From Octopus sinensis (Eukaryota): 64,000 nucleotides of DNA. The notes under the pieces were generated by a model. The model was not told the origin of the DNA and searched no databases. It was given only the letters and a program-made list of their open reading frames with translations. This document shows positions 27,219 through 41,518 of the stretch, piece by piece; the first letter of the stretch is position 1, and each line of letters starts with the position of its first letter. Where the stretch lies: NCBI RefSeq assembly GCF_006345805.1, contig NC_043013.1, forward strand, positions 23,374,001 to 23,438,000, written 5' to 3'. Both the position numbers and the translations under genes were made by a program.

Positions 27219-27630
27219 ATCATCATTGCTTAACGTCTGTTTTCCATGCTGGCATGGGTTGGACGGTTTGATTGAGGACTGGCAAGCCAGTAGACTGCCC
27301 CTAGCTTCAATCTGATCTGGCAAGGTTTCTACAGCTGGATGCCCTTCCTAACTTCAGCCACTCCGAGAGTGTAGTGGGTGCTTTTTATGTGGCACGGGAG
27401 CCCGCCAGGTGGTATCGGCATTGACCACATTCTGATGGTGCTTTTTATGTTCCACTGGCACAGGAGCCAGTCAGGTGGCACTGGCATCAGCCATGACTCC
27501 GATTTCACTTGACTCAACAGGTCTTCTCAAGCACAGCATATCGTCTGATGATTCAAGAGAACTTTTAAAGGGGCTGATTATGTGACACTGGCATTGGCCA
27601 CGGCTGTGATCTCACCTTACTTATTGGGAC
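27219..27630 (-). mobile_element. Family C (RTE-like) repeat
   Basis: Shared terminus and internal gtgcttttta(c/t)gtg sub-repeats. Confidence 0.8.
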
Positions 27631-27716
27631 TTTGATGATATTTGAACTTGGAACCCTAAGAACCAGAAGAAATACTGCAAGATATTTTGTCCTCTGCTCT
27701 AACAATTTTGCCAAGT

Positions 27717-27749
<33 letters not shown>

Positions 27750-27756
27750 TGTCTCA

Positions 27757-27970
27757 AGGTGGTGAGCTGGCAGAAACGTTAGAACACTGGGCAAAATGCT
27801 TAGCAGTATTTCGTCTGCTGCTATGTTCTGAGTTCAAATTCTGCTGAGTTCGACTTTGCCTTTCATCCTTTTGGGGGTCAATAAATTAAGTACCAGTTGT
27901 GTACTGGGGTCAATCTAATCAACTGGCCCCCTCCCCCAAAATTTCGGGCCTTGTGCCTAGAGTAGAAAAG
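27757..27970 (+). mobile_element. SINE family B
   Basis: ggtggtgagctggcagaaacgttag, gagttcaaatt B-box, and the gcctttcatcc...aagtaccag core. Confidence 0.9.
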
Positions 27971-28189
27971 AATAATAATTGTCTCTAAGTTAGGCTAGCA
28001 GGTTTGAGTGATGTGGTTAGTGGATACCATTGACCACAGTACTTGACCGGTATTTCATCTCTGGAGGAATACAAATGAAAGTTCTCTTCATTGGTACCTG
28101 AACTCTGAATGTAAAGAAACAGAGAAAATCCTGAAATTCTGGTGCTCTATCAATTGTGTGCCAATTGTTCATAATATTAATAATTATGA

Positions 28190-28348
28190 TTTCAAATTTT
28201 GGCACAAGGCCACATTTTTGGGTAGTGGGTAAGGCGATTACATTGACACCAGTATTCAACTGGTATTTATTTTATCAACCCTGAAAGGATGAAATGCAAA
28301 GTTGATCTTGATGGAATTTGAACTCAGAATGCTAAGCTTGCCACCTTA
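28190..28348 (-). mobile_element. SINE family B, inverted relative to 27757
   Basis: gaaaggatgaaatgcaaagttga...tttgaactcagaa is the reverse complement of the core. Confidence 0.75.
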
Positions 28349-30078
28349 AAGAATGATAATAATGGTAGAAATTTTCAAAAAGACAAAGCACCAGAAATTT
28401 GGGGAGAGAGTCTCATTGGGTTGAGTAACCCCAATCCTTGATTGCATTGACCTCAGATGGAGTAACGAGCTGAGTCAATACTAGCACTAATTGAACCTGG
28501 AATCTAAAGGGAGATAACTTAATACAAGGCATTCTCTACCAGTTTTGCTCTTCACCATTCCAATAATAACAACAACAACAACAACAGCAGCAATCACTCC
28601 CACCATGCAAGTCCAGGTGATGGGATCTTATCTTTCTGCATAACACTCTTTGATAGAGATTTTTAATCAGGAACTGCAATCTGCTGCTTCATCTTCTCTC
28701 CGTACCTTTCAGAATCTACCATCCTTCTTACACTTACCACTGCCAATTATTACCATGCCGAACCAAACGAATTCTGCTTTGTCTTTCCTGTTTAATTGTT
28801 GTTGGTGCAAAGTCACTGACACATCTCTCAAAATGCCAAGCATTTCCTTTTTATATTTCGCTTCCTATTCTCCACTCACAAAATGTCAGATGGTATTTTT
28901 TTCTTTTTATCTTTGTTTCTTTTTTCAATATTTATTTTGTGGTGCAAAGACTGGTAATGGTGTGGTGCTACAATACAAATTGTTGATTTTAGCCAAAATG
29001 AGTCTCTCTGCCTTTTAAAGGCAAGGGGGGAAAAAAAATTGAAAAGAAATTGTATAAACAATAACATTGTTTGAATTAAGGTTAGTATTTCTTTTAGACC
29101 AAGTGTTGTGATGCTGCTGCTACTACTACTACTGCTGGTGGTGGTTATAATAAACCATCTCTTTTGTTTTGAAAGAGAAGAAATGAACTTTGGACAAAGT
29201 ATATCCCCACCAGCCTACACATCTCTTGCTTTTCAAAGATATTTTCTGGATGTTGATTATTGTTGTCAATGTTTAAAATAAATATTTTGAAATTTGTGTC
29301 TCAAAAATCTTTAGGCTTTCTGTGTCAAGCTTTGCTTCTTTTTGGTATTTCCCCTAAATTGTGTGTGTGTGTGTGGTGTGTGTGTGTGTGTGTGTGTGTG
29401 TAATTTATGCCAGCATGAACAGAGGGTGGGGGTAAGGAGATGCAGAGAGCTGCACTAAGAATGCTTGTTATCTCCTGAGGCACACACTGCTGCTGCGGCG
29501 TCTTATGAGTAATTTCCCTGAACAGACATTCTGCGCACCAACCAGATGGCATGGCCCCTCTTCTATTAAAGGCAATTCTCTAAACTATTTTCGAGGTTGT
29601 CTACCATGATAAGGGTGCTCTGTTTATATTCTGTGCAAATATGTTTTGTTTGTGTATGTATGTATGTGTGTGGGTGGATGGGTGCATAGTCTTAAAACAC
29701 GAAATCATATTTCACAATTAAATTTTTTTTAATGTTCATAAGTTGAGATGTTGTCTCTTTTATGTAACCCCTTAAGTACCTCACAGATTGTGTGTGTGTT
29801 TGTGTGTTGTTCAAATTTATAGAAAAACAAAGACAGGTGTATTAACAAGCATGTGTATTAGTTTGACACTCAGGAAAAATAGAAAGGTCTTTTATGTTTC
29901 AAGCCTATGCTCTTCGACAGAAAGGAATAAGAGGAAATAAATAGAGGGAGAATGAAAGAAAATGTGTTGAGTTCAATAGTTCAGCATGGCAAATAATTAT
30001 ATATATATATTACTCTACCACTGGTATTTGAGTACTCTTTTTTCCACCTTCTTTCACATTTATGTGTTTACTCGGTGT

Positions 30079-30114
<36 letters not shown>

Positions 30115-30133
30115 CTTATTAAAAATTATATGT

Positions 30134-30618
30134 ATAGGCATGGCTGTGTGGTAAAAAATTTGCTTCCCAACCACATGGTTTCAGGTTCAGTTCCACTGCA
30201 TTGCACCTTGAGGATGTGTCCTCTATTATAGTTTCATACTGACCAAAGCCTTGCAGGTGAATTTGATTGACGGAAACTGAAAGCCCATTACATATACATA
30301 TATAATATATATATATATCCTTAATGAGGAAATGGAATAGATAAAATCCAGGCTATATATGTTTCACAGCTAGTGGAACTTCAGAAGTGGTAATTACCCA
30401 CGCATATCTGTCTGTGTGTCTCTTTGTATGTATTTGTTGACAACCAGTGTCGGTATGTTTACATCCCCCATAACTTAGCAGCTCAGCAAAAGCAACCTAA
30501 AGAACAAGTACCAGGCTTAGAAGAATAAGTCCTGGGGCCCATTCATTCGGCTAAAGTTCTGCAAGGTGCTGTCCCAGCATGGCCGCAGTCCAATGACTGA
30601 AGCAAGCTAAAGATATAA
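30134..30618 (+). mobile_element. SINE family A (older)
   Basis: Family head and tail motifs. Confidence 0.85.
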
Positions 30619-30663
30619 ATACATAATATATACACACATATATATATACATACACACACACAC

Positions 30664-30708
<45 letters not shown>

Positions 30709-30730
30709 CTTATTAAAAATCATATGTATA

Positions 30731-31088
30731 TTCTTTTACTTGTTTCAGTCACTTGACTGTGGCCATGTTTGAACAAATCGACCCCAGGACTTATTCTTTG
30801 TAAGCCTAGTACTTATTCTATCAGTTTCTTTTGCCAAACCGCTAGGTTACAGGGGGTGAAAAAACAGCAACATCAGTTGTTGAGCGATGGTGGGGCGACA
30901 AACACACATGCACACATATATACGACAGGCTTCTTTTAGTTTCCATCTACCAAATCCACTCACAAGGTTTTGGCTGGCCTGAGGCTATAGCAGAAGACAC
31001 TTGCCCAAGGTGCCACACAGTGGGGACGAACCCAGAACCATGTGGTTGGTAAGCAAGTTACTTCCCACACAGCCTCTTCTGCACCTAT
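30731..31088 (-). mobile_element. SINE family A
   Basis: Reverse complement of the full element. Confidence 0.9.
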
Positions 31089-32053
31089 ATATACATAATT
31101 ATTTAAAAACATTAATTAAATACTTACATGTTTGTGTGTGTGTGTAAATGTATATATTTACAAGTAAAATAATACACACACACACACACACACACACACA
31201 TATGTATGTATGTATGTAATGTGTGTGTGTGTGGAGAGAGGGGTTTGAGAGAATAAACTGGAAGAACAGAACTCAATATCCATGAGAATAGACACAAGGT
31301 TATATTTTTTAATCAGCCCAAAGTGACATTAGATGCCTTTTGGTGTTGTTATCTATTATCCATTGGTATGTATTTGCATACCAATGATAAGCTGAGATGA
31401 GAACTGCTACCTTCAATACAGAATGGAAACAGGAAATAAAACATTTATTAGTATTGCAAATAGCTGCCTGGCCAAGTAAAAATCTGTCTTAGTATATGGT
31501 TAGCTGTGAGTGCATGCTATTGATGAGGTTCAATTATGCTGAAGTGCATCTGGTGTTCTCACTAGATATTGCTGGGATGATTCTTGCCTTCCTCTGATAT
31601 ATTTATTTTGTTTTTAAACATGGCACATCCATAAGAGATGTTATCACAACACAAATACTGCAGTAACTAGCTTATTAAGTGTCTATACATTCACTATGAC
31701 CCACAGATGGCTATTTTAATCTAATACTGCTTGAATTGTGTACACCATAATATATTCATGAGAATCATACTTGATAGCTTGTTATTTCCTTGAGCAAGAC
31801 ACTTTATTTCACATTGCTCCAGTCCATTCAGCTGGCAAAAAATGAGTTGTACCTTAATTCCAAAGCACTGGCCTTGTTACATTGTGTCTTGTCAAATCTC
31901 CCTCAGAACTTCATTAAGGGTACATGTGTCTGTGGAGTACTCAGTCACTTGCATGTTAATTTCATGAACTGGATATTCTGCTGATCAGACCAGCTGGAAC
32001 CCTTGTCATAGCTGACGGGGTGCCAGTTATGTGTGTGTATGTATGTATATATA

Positions 32054-32112
<59 letters not shown>

Positions 32113-32115
<3 letters not shown>

Positions 32116-32422
32116 TCATCATCATCATTTAACGTCCGCTTTCCATGCTAGCATGGGTTGGACGATTTGACTGAGGGCTGGTGAACCAGATGGCTGCACC
32201 AGGCTCCAATCTTGACCTGGCAGAGTTTCTACAGTTGGATGCCCCTCCTAACGCCAACCACTCCGAGAGTGTAGTGGGTGCTTTTAAATGCCACCGGCAC
32301 GGGGGCCAGTCAGGCGGTACTGGCAACGACCTCGCTCGAATGTTTTTACACATGCCACCAGCACAAGTGCCAGTAAGGCGGCGCTGGTAATGATCACGCT
32401 CAAATGGTGCCTTTTACGTGCC
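32113..32422 (-). mobile_element. Family C (RTE-like) repeat, young copy
   Basis: (cat)n-ttaacgtccgctttccatgctagcatgggttggacg, with CpGs retained. Confidence 0.88.
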
Positions 32423-32447
32423 GTATGTTCGTATGTATGTGTATCTA

Positions 32448-32570
32448 ATTCTTTAGCAAGAATACTATTGACAGTGACTTCAAAGTTTTGACACGCTAAA
32501 CTGTCGTCCAGTGATGGCTTGGCTGGACAAAACTTCGAAGTCACTGTCAAAATAATTCTTGTTAAAGAAT
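32448..32570. repeat. ~42-bp-arm inverted repeat containing a hammerhead 3' half
   Basis: ttctttagcaagaat...ttgacagtgacttcaaagttttg / caaaacttcgaagtcactgtcaa...attcttgttaaagaa. Confidence 0.85.
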
Positions 32571-33174
32571 AGTAAATTTGTATTCTGCCAAATGTATTGA
32601 GTAATCCTTCAGTTTAATGTGAAATTGTTTTCATTACAACTTAAAGAACATTAATATATTACATACACACACATATATGTTTGTGTGTGTGCACACGTCC
32701 TGGATATGACTTTGAACAGTATGCATGTAGTGTATGTGTATGTATGTATGTATATGTACATACATACATACAAAGGGCGGAGGAACTCTTGAGAGTCAAC
32801 GGCCATCCAGTAAATGTCTTAAGGCTGTATCATGCACGGGGACATAGAAATAATCGGACTGAATACCCAATCACGCGGTTAAACCATTGGGAGTGAAGGA
32901 CTTCTAGCCTTTGTTAGGGCATCCTTCTAGGAGAAGGTAACTCAGGTAACTGGGATAACTCCGGCATAAAACATGCGGCTCAGTGGTTACCAATGATGTT
33001 GACTTTGTTCTTCTTTTCGGATTATGGCTGCTGTTGCTTAGTGAGTGGGATTGACTCAGTGCACAGCCTTTCCTCACTTTAAAAAAATCTTCTTGCACAG
33101 GCATTGCACGATAACAACATTGATTAAGCTTCGTGCAATGGCTGTACTCGGTAACGAGGGGGGCAGCCACTACG

Positions 33175-33190
33175 TGTATATGTATATATG

Positions 33191-33225
<35 letters not shown>

Positions 33226-33533
33226 GTATGTATATATGTATATGTATGTATGTATGTATATATATATATGTATGTATGTATGTATATATATATATGTATG
33301 TATGTATATATATATATGTATGTATATATATATATGTATATATGTATGTATATATGTATATATATGTATGTATATATGTATATATATGTATGTATATATA
33401 TATGTATGTGTATATATATGTATGTGTATATATATGTATGTGTATATATATGTATGTGTATGTATATATGTATGTGTATATGTATGTATATATATGTGTA
33501 TGTATGTATGTGTGTATGTAGGTATGTATGTAT
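33175..33533. repeat. Compound (TA)n/(TATG)n microsatellite, ~360 bp
   Basis: Seen directly. It is the source of several spurious long ORFs. Confidence 0.97.
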
Positions 33534-33645
33534 AGGGAGAATTTACAAAAACAAACAAACAAAAGGCGAAGACAGGTGTGTAAACTACAGAGATGTATTA
33601 GTTTAATGCTCTGAGAGTGAGAAAGTCTTTTACATTTCAATCTGC

Positions 33646-33678
<33 letters not shown>

Positions 33679-35886
33679 AGCAACAAGGATATCCAGAGGT
33701 AATGCAGTACAATCGTTTCCTGCAACTCCATTTAATTGAACAATGCAATAATTACATCAATTTAAAATGCAGAGCCATCTTCAGTGGCACAAAGACATAG
33801 AATTTAATTAACTTCTATGCTGGAATGAGACAGCATCTTCTTTTTCTATCTCGTTCACTTCTTGGAAATTTTAGGTATAATTATACTAACGTGTCCATCT
33901 GTTCTAATTTAATTAAGGGCTAGGTACAGAAAAAGGTATAGGAGTAGGTTTTTTTCTAAACCACAAAATTGAAGGGAAGAATGCTAAGAATGGTCAAGTT
34001 TCTATAAATAGACTTATGTGTTTATTCTACTGGCCAATGTGATGGTGTGGGCAGAGGAAAATGAGAACAAGTATATCTCAGGTGGAATGTCACAGTATCT
34101 AAGCCTTGTTACCTTCTCGTTAACCTGCTTTGTTGGATTTTGGTCAAACCATGACTGATCATCATCATCATCATTGTTTAACGTCCGTTTTCCATGCTAG
34201 CATGGGTTGGACAGTTCAACTGGGGTCTGGGGAGCCAGTAGGCTGCTCCAGGCCCAGTCTGATCTGGAAGTGTTTCTACAGTTGGATGCCCTTCCTAACG
34301 CCAACCACTCCATGAGTGTAGTGGGTGCTTTTTACGTGCGACTGATTAAACCCTTAAAAGCTTCTTGCTAGTTTTGCTATTTTATTTAGCAGGTTCGCTC
34401 TATACCATTCCATATCTAATATTTCTGATGCCTTCTAGTTGTTCACTTCTTCCTTCCTCCTACTTTTCTAATTATTTCATTCACTTTTCATCCCGTTTAA
34501 GTATTTTTTCTCTTTTCTTTTCTTTATTATTCAGTTTCCGTCATGGTTCATACTTAAATCTGAAATTATCTAAATAGGATGCTAAAAAGGAATCTTAGAT
34601 CCATCATTAATTAATTAATCAATTAATTGATTCTGTTTAAACACAATCTGATATCTTATTAGTCACCACATGCTATATTTAGGTTTTGCCATTTAACTAG
34701 AGATTGGCCAGTGTGGTTGCTGCAGCATGGCTTGTAACTTCTCATTTATGTTGCATGAATCTTGATAGCTGATGGATTGTTAGCTAAATTGGAATACTTA
34801 GCCAGAGGATGGGTTGTTCAGTAAATGTCCCGACTGGCTGTTGACTCCATTGATAAAATAGGATATTGACAGTTTGATAAATGAACACAAAGAACAGATA
34901 GATTGATTAGTTTAGTGCACAATAGATGCTGTGGGATCACAGCGTGACTAACAGATTGACATATGCAATAGATTCACAGGAGTAGCTTGTAGTAAGGACA
35001 CCTATGGAAGGAATTCCATTAAATGCTTGATGGGTTTCTTAGATGTAGTTGATCGCTTGCCTTATTTAGGTAGTTTAATTTGGACATTCTGAAGGCAGTT
35101 GAAGAATAGGGTAGGAAAAAAAATTCGGCTTAGTGAATGGCAGATTGTATGATGCTTGTGTACAAAGTGTGATATAATGCATAATAGCAAGGCATGGACC
35201 TCCTGAAGGCAGAGGCTGTGTGATGAAAGGTGGAAAGAAATAGGCTAACACAGTCCACTGGATGGTATGTAAGGTTTATGAGGGAATGATTGGATGTAAG
35301 CAGAATCAGATGTTGGTGTGCAAGAGAGGAGACTGCTCTGGTGTGGACATGTGTTGGTGTATGAAGGATGACACTTGATAAATGCAAATGGAAGGAATCT
35401 GTTGTAGAGAGAGAGAGAGAGAGAGACAAGAAGTGGTGAAAGCTGATCTGTAAGGGGATCAGCTTGAAGAAAGGAGACAACAAAAGACCACGACAGGCGT
35501 TGAAGAACCATCTAGCCCACCTGAGAAAGAAAAATTGATGCCTTCCAAAATGTTAGGATTGAGAGGATGCAGAAATAGAAGCGATCTTGCATCAGTATCA
35601 TTGGTTAATAGAACTACCTGTTGATTGTGTTGCTGAGTCACACTCCACTGACTGAATCACTCACTGGTGACATTGTGTATGTGTATGCCAAGGATGGGGC
35701 TTTTAATTACTGGTATAATCTATCTGGGTTTCTGTGTACCTAATTTCAGCCACAAAACTTAGATTGAATTGACGGTAAAGAATACATTTGCCAAAGGTAC
35801 CAGTTATTGGGATTGAATCCACAAATTTGTGATTGATAAGTTTTCTTACCAACCCAACTACGTGCACACGCGCGCACACACACACG

Positions 35887-35927
<41 letters not shown>

Positions 35928-36405
35928 CTATATATAGGTTTGTGTTAGTTTTGTCAACATATAATCTGTTTACATGTCTATTTTGTTTAAATTCCTGCCT
36001 TATCTCTCTCTGCACATGTGTGTGTGTGTGTGTGTGTACACATACATATCTTGAGGTATGTGTTTCTTTATCTCATCTATCTAAAGTAGCAATTAACAAG
36101 ACTCATTAATGATGTACTATTCTAGTACTGGTGGCTGTCCCACTGCTGCTGACCACTGTAACAGCTGTGCTAGTGTAATGAAGGCCAACAGTATAAACAA
36201 TACAGAGTTGTTTAGCCTTGGAAGCAACCAAGTGTCAGTTTTCAAATCTATCACTGGTCATTTATCTTGTTATCCTGATCTAGTCTACCACCAAGCTCTT
36301 ATTTTCTTAAACGAAATGAGGCCCAATGCTTGTGACTGCAATCATCACTAGGTTAATAGTTGTTAGTAGAATATCTAGTGTGTACTTTGAACTTTAAACT
36401 GGTTG

Positions 36406-36620
36406 TTAACCTTTTCATTACTGTATTTATTTTGAGATGCTTTGTGTTTCTTTCATTTACTTTAAATATAATACAGAATTTAGTAAAATAACTTAGTTAT
36501 CATTCAGTTAGTGCTAGGAACATAAATTGTGACTAAGGTTTGGTGGAAGGTTTTAATTCAAAACTTATGAAAACAAGACATTTGTACTCAGAGCCAGAGC
36601 CGGTTTCAGCCGGGTTTTAA
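36406..36620. mobile_element. MITE-like repeat, same family as 12749
   Basis: High identity to 12749-12960. Confidence 0.75.
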
Positions 36621-39600
36621 ACACCTCATTCCTTCAGCCATTTCACATTTCTGTACTTTGGTCAATTTACATTGACTCTGGTTTATTATTGTTGTTGTTG
36701 TATTGAGTCTAATTTCCGGACTTTGGAGTATCCTAGATTGGAACTGAAGCCTGGTTGTTATAATCTTGGTTTTTCTAAGGAGTGAGTGTTATCCATTACC
36801 TCACTTCTAAAAATAATGACATTATATTCATTCTTTCTTTTATTCTTTGAATGGTTTCAGTCATAAGACTGCGGCCATGCTGGAGCACCACCTTTATTTT
36901 CTTTCAGTTTTGTTGTTGCTTTATGGCTGGGAGTTGGTCTCTGATTGCGCTTGTAGCAACTGATCTTAAATGGTTGGCTGGTCCAGTATCCTTGTTAGGA
37001 GTTTATCCAATGTTCTTTTTCTAATGTTTCCGTAGAGTTCTCTTTTATATTTCTGATTTCTTTAGGTAGGCATTTGGAGGAAGTATTTGTGAATATTTTT
37101 CATTGCTAAAAGAAAATCCTTTTATATGAAAAGTGGATGAATTAAAAAGGAAATGAAACCAAGAAATGAATAAACCCAATTACTTTCTAAAATGGTTTAA
37201 AAACATTGTTTCTTTTCAATCTTTTTTTCTCTTTAAACACTTTTTCCTCAATTATCTTCCTTTTCTTGTGAATTGGTAAAAATAGCAAAACAAAATACAG
37301 TCTCTGAGTATGTTTTCCTTATTGAGATAAGCAATGTCTTCAAGAATATCTTCTTCACATCATTACACATATCCGATTTGTTAAAGATTTTGCTTTATTT
37401 ATCTTCTGATGTCTGTGTTTTTGTTGTTGTTGCTGTTGTTTTAGTCCTTATTAAGAAGTCGTTGAGCTGATAGCATCAGCAGAACATGGAATTAAAATAA
37501 GCATTTAATTTCATATTCCTACATTCTGAGTTGATATTTTTTTCTGACCCCCTGGAAACTAAAATATAATTATCCTTAAGTAACTGGAGTCATTACAATT
37601 GAATATGGCATTAAAATTTAGGCTTGAGATTAGTCAAAAGAAAATCATTACAATGGGAAAAATTGTGATGGAGGATGTGAGAGGTGGGTCATCATATATG
37701 CTGCTTAGTTTCAATTCCTGTTGTCTGTATGATTCAGTCTTCAAACCCTGTTCTGGTTAGTAAATATATTGTGAGGAAAGAATAATTGTAGTCAATGACT
37801 AATATTATTTTAATTATTCCAGCTCTTCCAACCTTATTAGATCTCTTCAGTGAAGCATAGCTTTCTGTGTGCTCACTGAATTTGTTGAGTGTATTTGTTA
37901 AGGATGAGAGAATGAATTACTCAAGTTGCTATGCACATGAAAAACAATAAATTGTTAATTAGAGATAATTACATGCTAAGAGAAAGACACTATTAATTGA
38001 TGACTTCCACTGATGTCTTTATAAAAGAACTTGAATGTCACAAGTCACTTTCATCCTAAAAACCTGAGATCTTATGAGTGTGTGGCAGAGATGGTACAGC
38101 ATGGGACCAAATGCTTTATAATATTGAATGTTGTTCTTACATTCTCTAGGTTCAAATCCCAAAGAGGTTACTTCAACTCTTCATTTCTTCAGGGTCGATA
38201 GAATAAGTCCTGAACAATTGTAGATCTATTTGACTTGAAATTCTTTGTGAATCTGTGGTATTGTAATCTGTGCAAGAAGTAATTATTTTAGCAGGTGTTG
38301 AGGACAGTCATTAACGAATCAGACTCTGATGCTCTACTATATTTGAATTGGAACTTTTTTACCATTCTAAATTTTATAAAAATCTACCATTTTATTCTTT
38401 GTAAACTTGTGATTTATTTCTGCTTGGAAATAATTACCTTGTAATTGGAAGTGTTTCCTAGGAAATGCTGCCATTAGCTCTCATGTTTAGTTAAATGTAA
38501 GGTTTCAAATAAATACAAAAACCGATTTGAAAATATTGTAATATAAAACGGAAAAACAAAAAAAAGAAATTTGCTAACTAAATAGCAGTAATTATCTTAG
38601 TTTTTCTCCAAAGCTTCTAAATCTTTTAGTATTAAAAGATAAAATAAGCTATCTTTAAAATGTCAAAATGTTTAATAACTTCCTGTTGAAAAATGAAATT
38701 GTGTGTGTGTGCGTGGGTGAGAGAGAGAGAGAGAGAGAGAGAATGAGTGTGTGGTGTTTTTGATATGGTTTTATGGCTGGTTGTTCCTGCTATCACCAGA
38801 CTGGGTTCCTTTTATTATGCCATCAGCACATGTTCTTTTCTGTGGAACAACCAAAGAACCCGCTTTATTTTGTATCAGTACATTTATTCAGAGTTGCTGT
38901 CCTTTCAGATGGGTCATCTGCACAGGCTTGCAGAATGCACATCCCCTTTGCGTGTTCCTTCCTTCTTTTAGACATGGTTTTTACAGCTGGATACCATTTG
39001 TATTTAGAACCATTTAACTGCATGGATTTGGTGCAATTTATGGTGTCAATGGCCCCCATGAGGTTGCTGTAAAATGTCCTCTACCTCATTTGCTTTTGTT
39101 TCTTACATTTTCTGACAGAGGGCAATGATTCTATAAAGGGATTCTGTTTCTATAACCGACCACTTTTCTGCAAGAACTGGGTGTATTTTATCATGCCATC
39201 TGCATTAGAAAAGAGGAACTTTTCACTTCTTTAGTTGTATTCTTCTGTTGTGTCAAATTTTTATTCAGAGTTTCTTCTATCCTAGCCATGTCTCTTTGTT
39301 AAATATGGAGATGGTTTTGCTCAGAATAGAATCATTGTGGCAGCGTAGTCAGAGTAAATAATAGTTGTCTTTGTGACAAAGGAATGAGGATTATAGATAC
39401 GGCCAGGATTCACTGTACAAGCTGCACTTTTTTGTTAAAAAGTTAAACATTAAACAGAGAAATGAATTCCTGACCAGCAAGTAAGAGTACAAAGTAGATG
39501 TTGTGAAAGATTATAAATAATGAGATTATTTCATTTGTTAAATGAAAATGGGAATGATAAAGAAAATCCAAATGATTGGCATACATACATGCATGCATAC

Positions 39601-39851
39601 ACACATGTATGGATTTTATGATTAGACATGCCATCAACCATGCTTTTACATGGAGCAGATTCATGCTAGAACGGAAAATATGTGTAAAACAACCATAATA
39701 ATAATAATAATAATACACACACACATATATGTATGTCCAGAGTTAACGTTGGTAGTTATACCAGTAATATAACGAATATTTTTATCCCTTAGCTGGTTAT
39801 TCCAACCTCTAACTCTACTAACCTTATATATATATATATATATATACACAT

Positions 39852-40585
39852 AGTTCGATCAATTAGTATCCGAACTGTTGCCATAGTAACGAAACTGAAG
39901 TACAGAGTAAAGCCGCTTGGCACAGATTGACCCCGAACTCTGCTGTGCATATGCACTAAGTTTTAACATTTTTAGCTCACCTCCACTGTTTACAGCAGTG
40001 ATTGGAAGGAAGGTGTGTAGCATGTGATCGTTGCATTGACCATGACAGAGAAAGTTGAGCAGAGAATTTGCATCAAATTTTGCCATAAGCTTGGCGATAC
40101 CTGTTCAGAGGCCTACGCAAAGTTTTCAAAAAGTTTTCGTTGTTCTCGACACAATCAAGGAGATCTTGTGCAACTGAAACCCGAGTGTCTTTTTGGTCAG
40201 CTGAAAGCAGTTTTGGCACAAACTTGGCAGACATGCATCTCATACCCAAATCTTTAGTGATAATGGACTGAACTGAACCATAACTAACCTAATATCCTGT
40301 GATAACTCATGGATGGTGATTCAATGATTTCCTCTCACATCTGCAATGTTTTTCTCAGTTCTGCTGGCTGCAGGTCTCCCAGAATGTTCATCAATATCGG
40401 CATTTTTTCGGCCATCTTGGAAACATCTGAACCATTCGTACACTCGTATGTGGATCATACACTCCTCTTCATACACTTTCTGCAACTTTGCGTTGGCCTC
40501 TGAGCAGGTGTTGCCATGACAACTTTCTCTGTCTTGATCAATGCGATGATCACACACTACACAACTTCCTCCCAAGCACAGCAGA
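39852..40585. mobile_element. Mariner-type remnant: two inverted 5' transposase halves
   Basis: + strand MTEKVEQRICIKFCHKLGDTCSEAYAK. - strand TCSEANAKLQKVYEEECM..RVYEWFRCFQDGR...DEHSGRP, a mariner N-terminal HTH. Confidence 0.8.
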
Positions 40586-40599
40586 GGATGCCTGTCAGT

Positions 40600-40720
40600 T
40601 TCTTTTGCTCTTTCTGAGAAAATCCTGGCATTTATCTTGCTCAAACTCCATTCCTATGTCTCTTGAGAATGTTATGACCAATTTTAATTGCCTCTCAATG
40701 TTGCTCATGTCACCAGAACA
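40600..40720 (-). mobile_element. R4/Dong-like reverse transcriptase fragment
   Basis: The - strand reads NIERQLKLVITFSRDIGMEFEQDKC, resembling the FS.DIGM.FG..KC motif. Confidence 0.55.
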
Positions 40721-41419
40721 TAACATTGGGTCATCAACTAAAAATGTGTGTTTGTTTTATTCTTTTCTGCATATTCCAATCTGTAACCCTGGGAATTCTT
40801 TGACAAGACCGACAAGGGGTCCACTGCCAGGGCAAACAACAAAATGGATCAACTAACACCTTGGAATATTCCTCTTGATCACCCAATTCTGTTTGTAACA
40901 ACAGGTGTTGCTCTAGTAGTTGTTGGTGGTAACTGTGAAGACCATGTTGTGGTCAGTCTTTCAAGGACATTAACTGTAGCAGTTGGTCCATTGGCGAGGT
41001 GTAGGGATTCTGGTATCATCCATAAATCAGTGAGAGAGGGAGAGAAAGGAATAGATCATGATTGAGATGTATCCGGGGTGGGGGAGGTTATAAGTTATAC
41101 AGAGGGGGTAAGGAGGGATGCTTCATAAGAATATGAGGGGAAATTTTAGTAATAGTAAGGAGGTAACTGTAGCAAATGATGGAGAGAAAGGGGGTGTTGG
41201 GAAGATGGGTTGTGGTTGGGGTATTGACAGGTGTTAGTCAGTTGGTCTGGTTATAAAGGACGTGCCAGTATATAGGGTCATGATTTTTACTTAGCTTGAC
41301 ATGTCTCCACCAGATGCCTCAGTCACTTGTCTCCTCTTCTGTGAGGCTCTGAAGATCGTTTCTCAACTCTTCATCCCACATCTTCTTGGCTCTAACTCTT
41401 CTACAGGTTCCCTCCATAA

Positions 41420-41456
<37 letters not shown>

Positions 41457-41518
41457 TTAGTTTGGTGGTACAAACAGAATGGTAGGACCCCAGTACCTGA
41501 ATGAGAGTGAGTGGCTAT

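Noticed and set aside
33045-33748. Long ORFs of 115-192 aa, and similar ones at 26223-26581, 52458-52810 and 60106-60429
   Set aside because: They are translations of (TA)n/(TATG)n microsatellites that lack stop codons.
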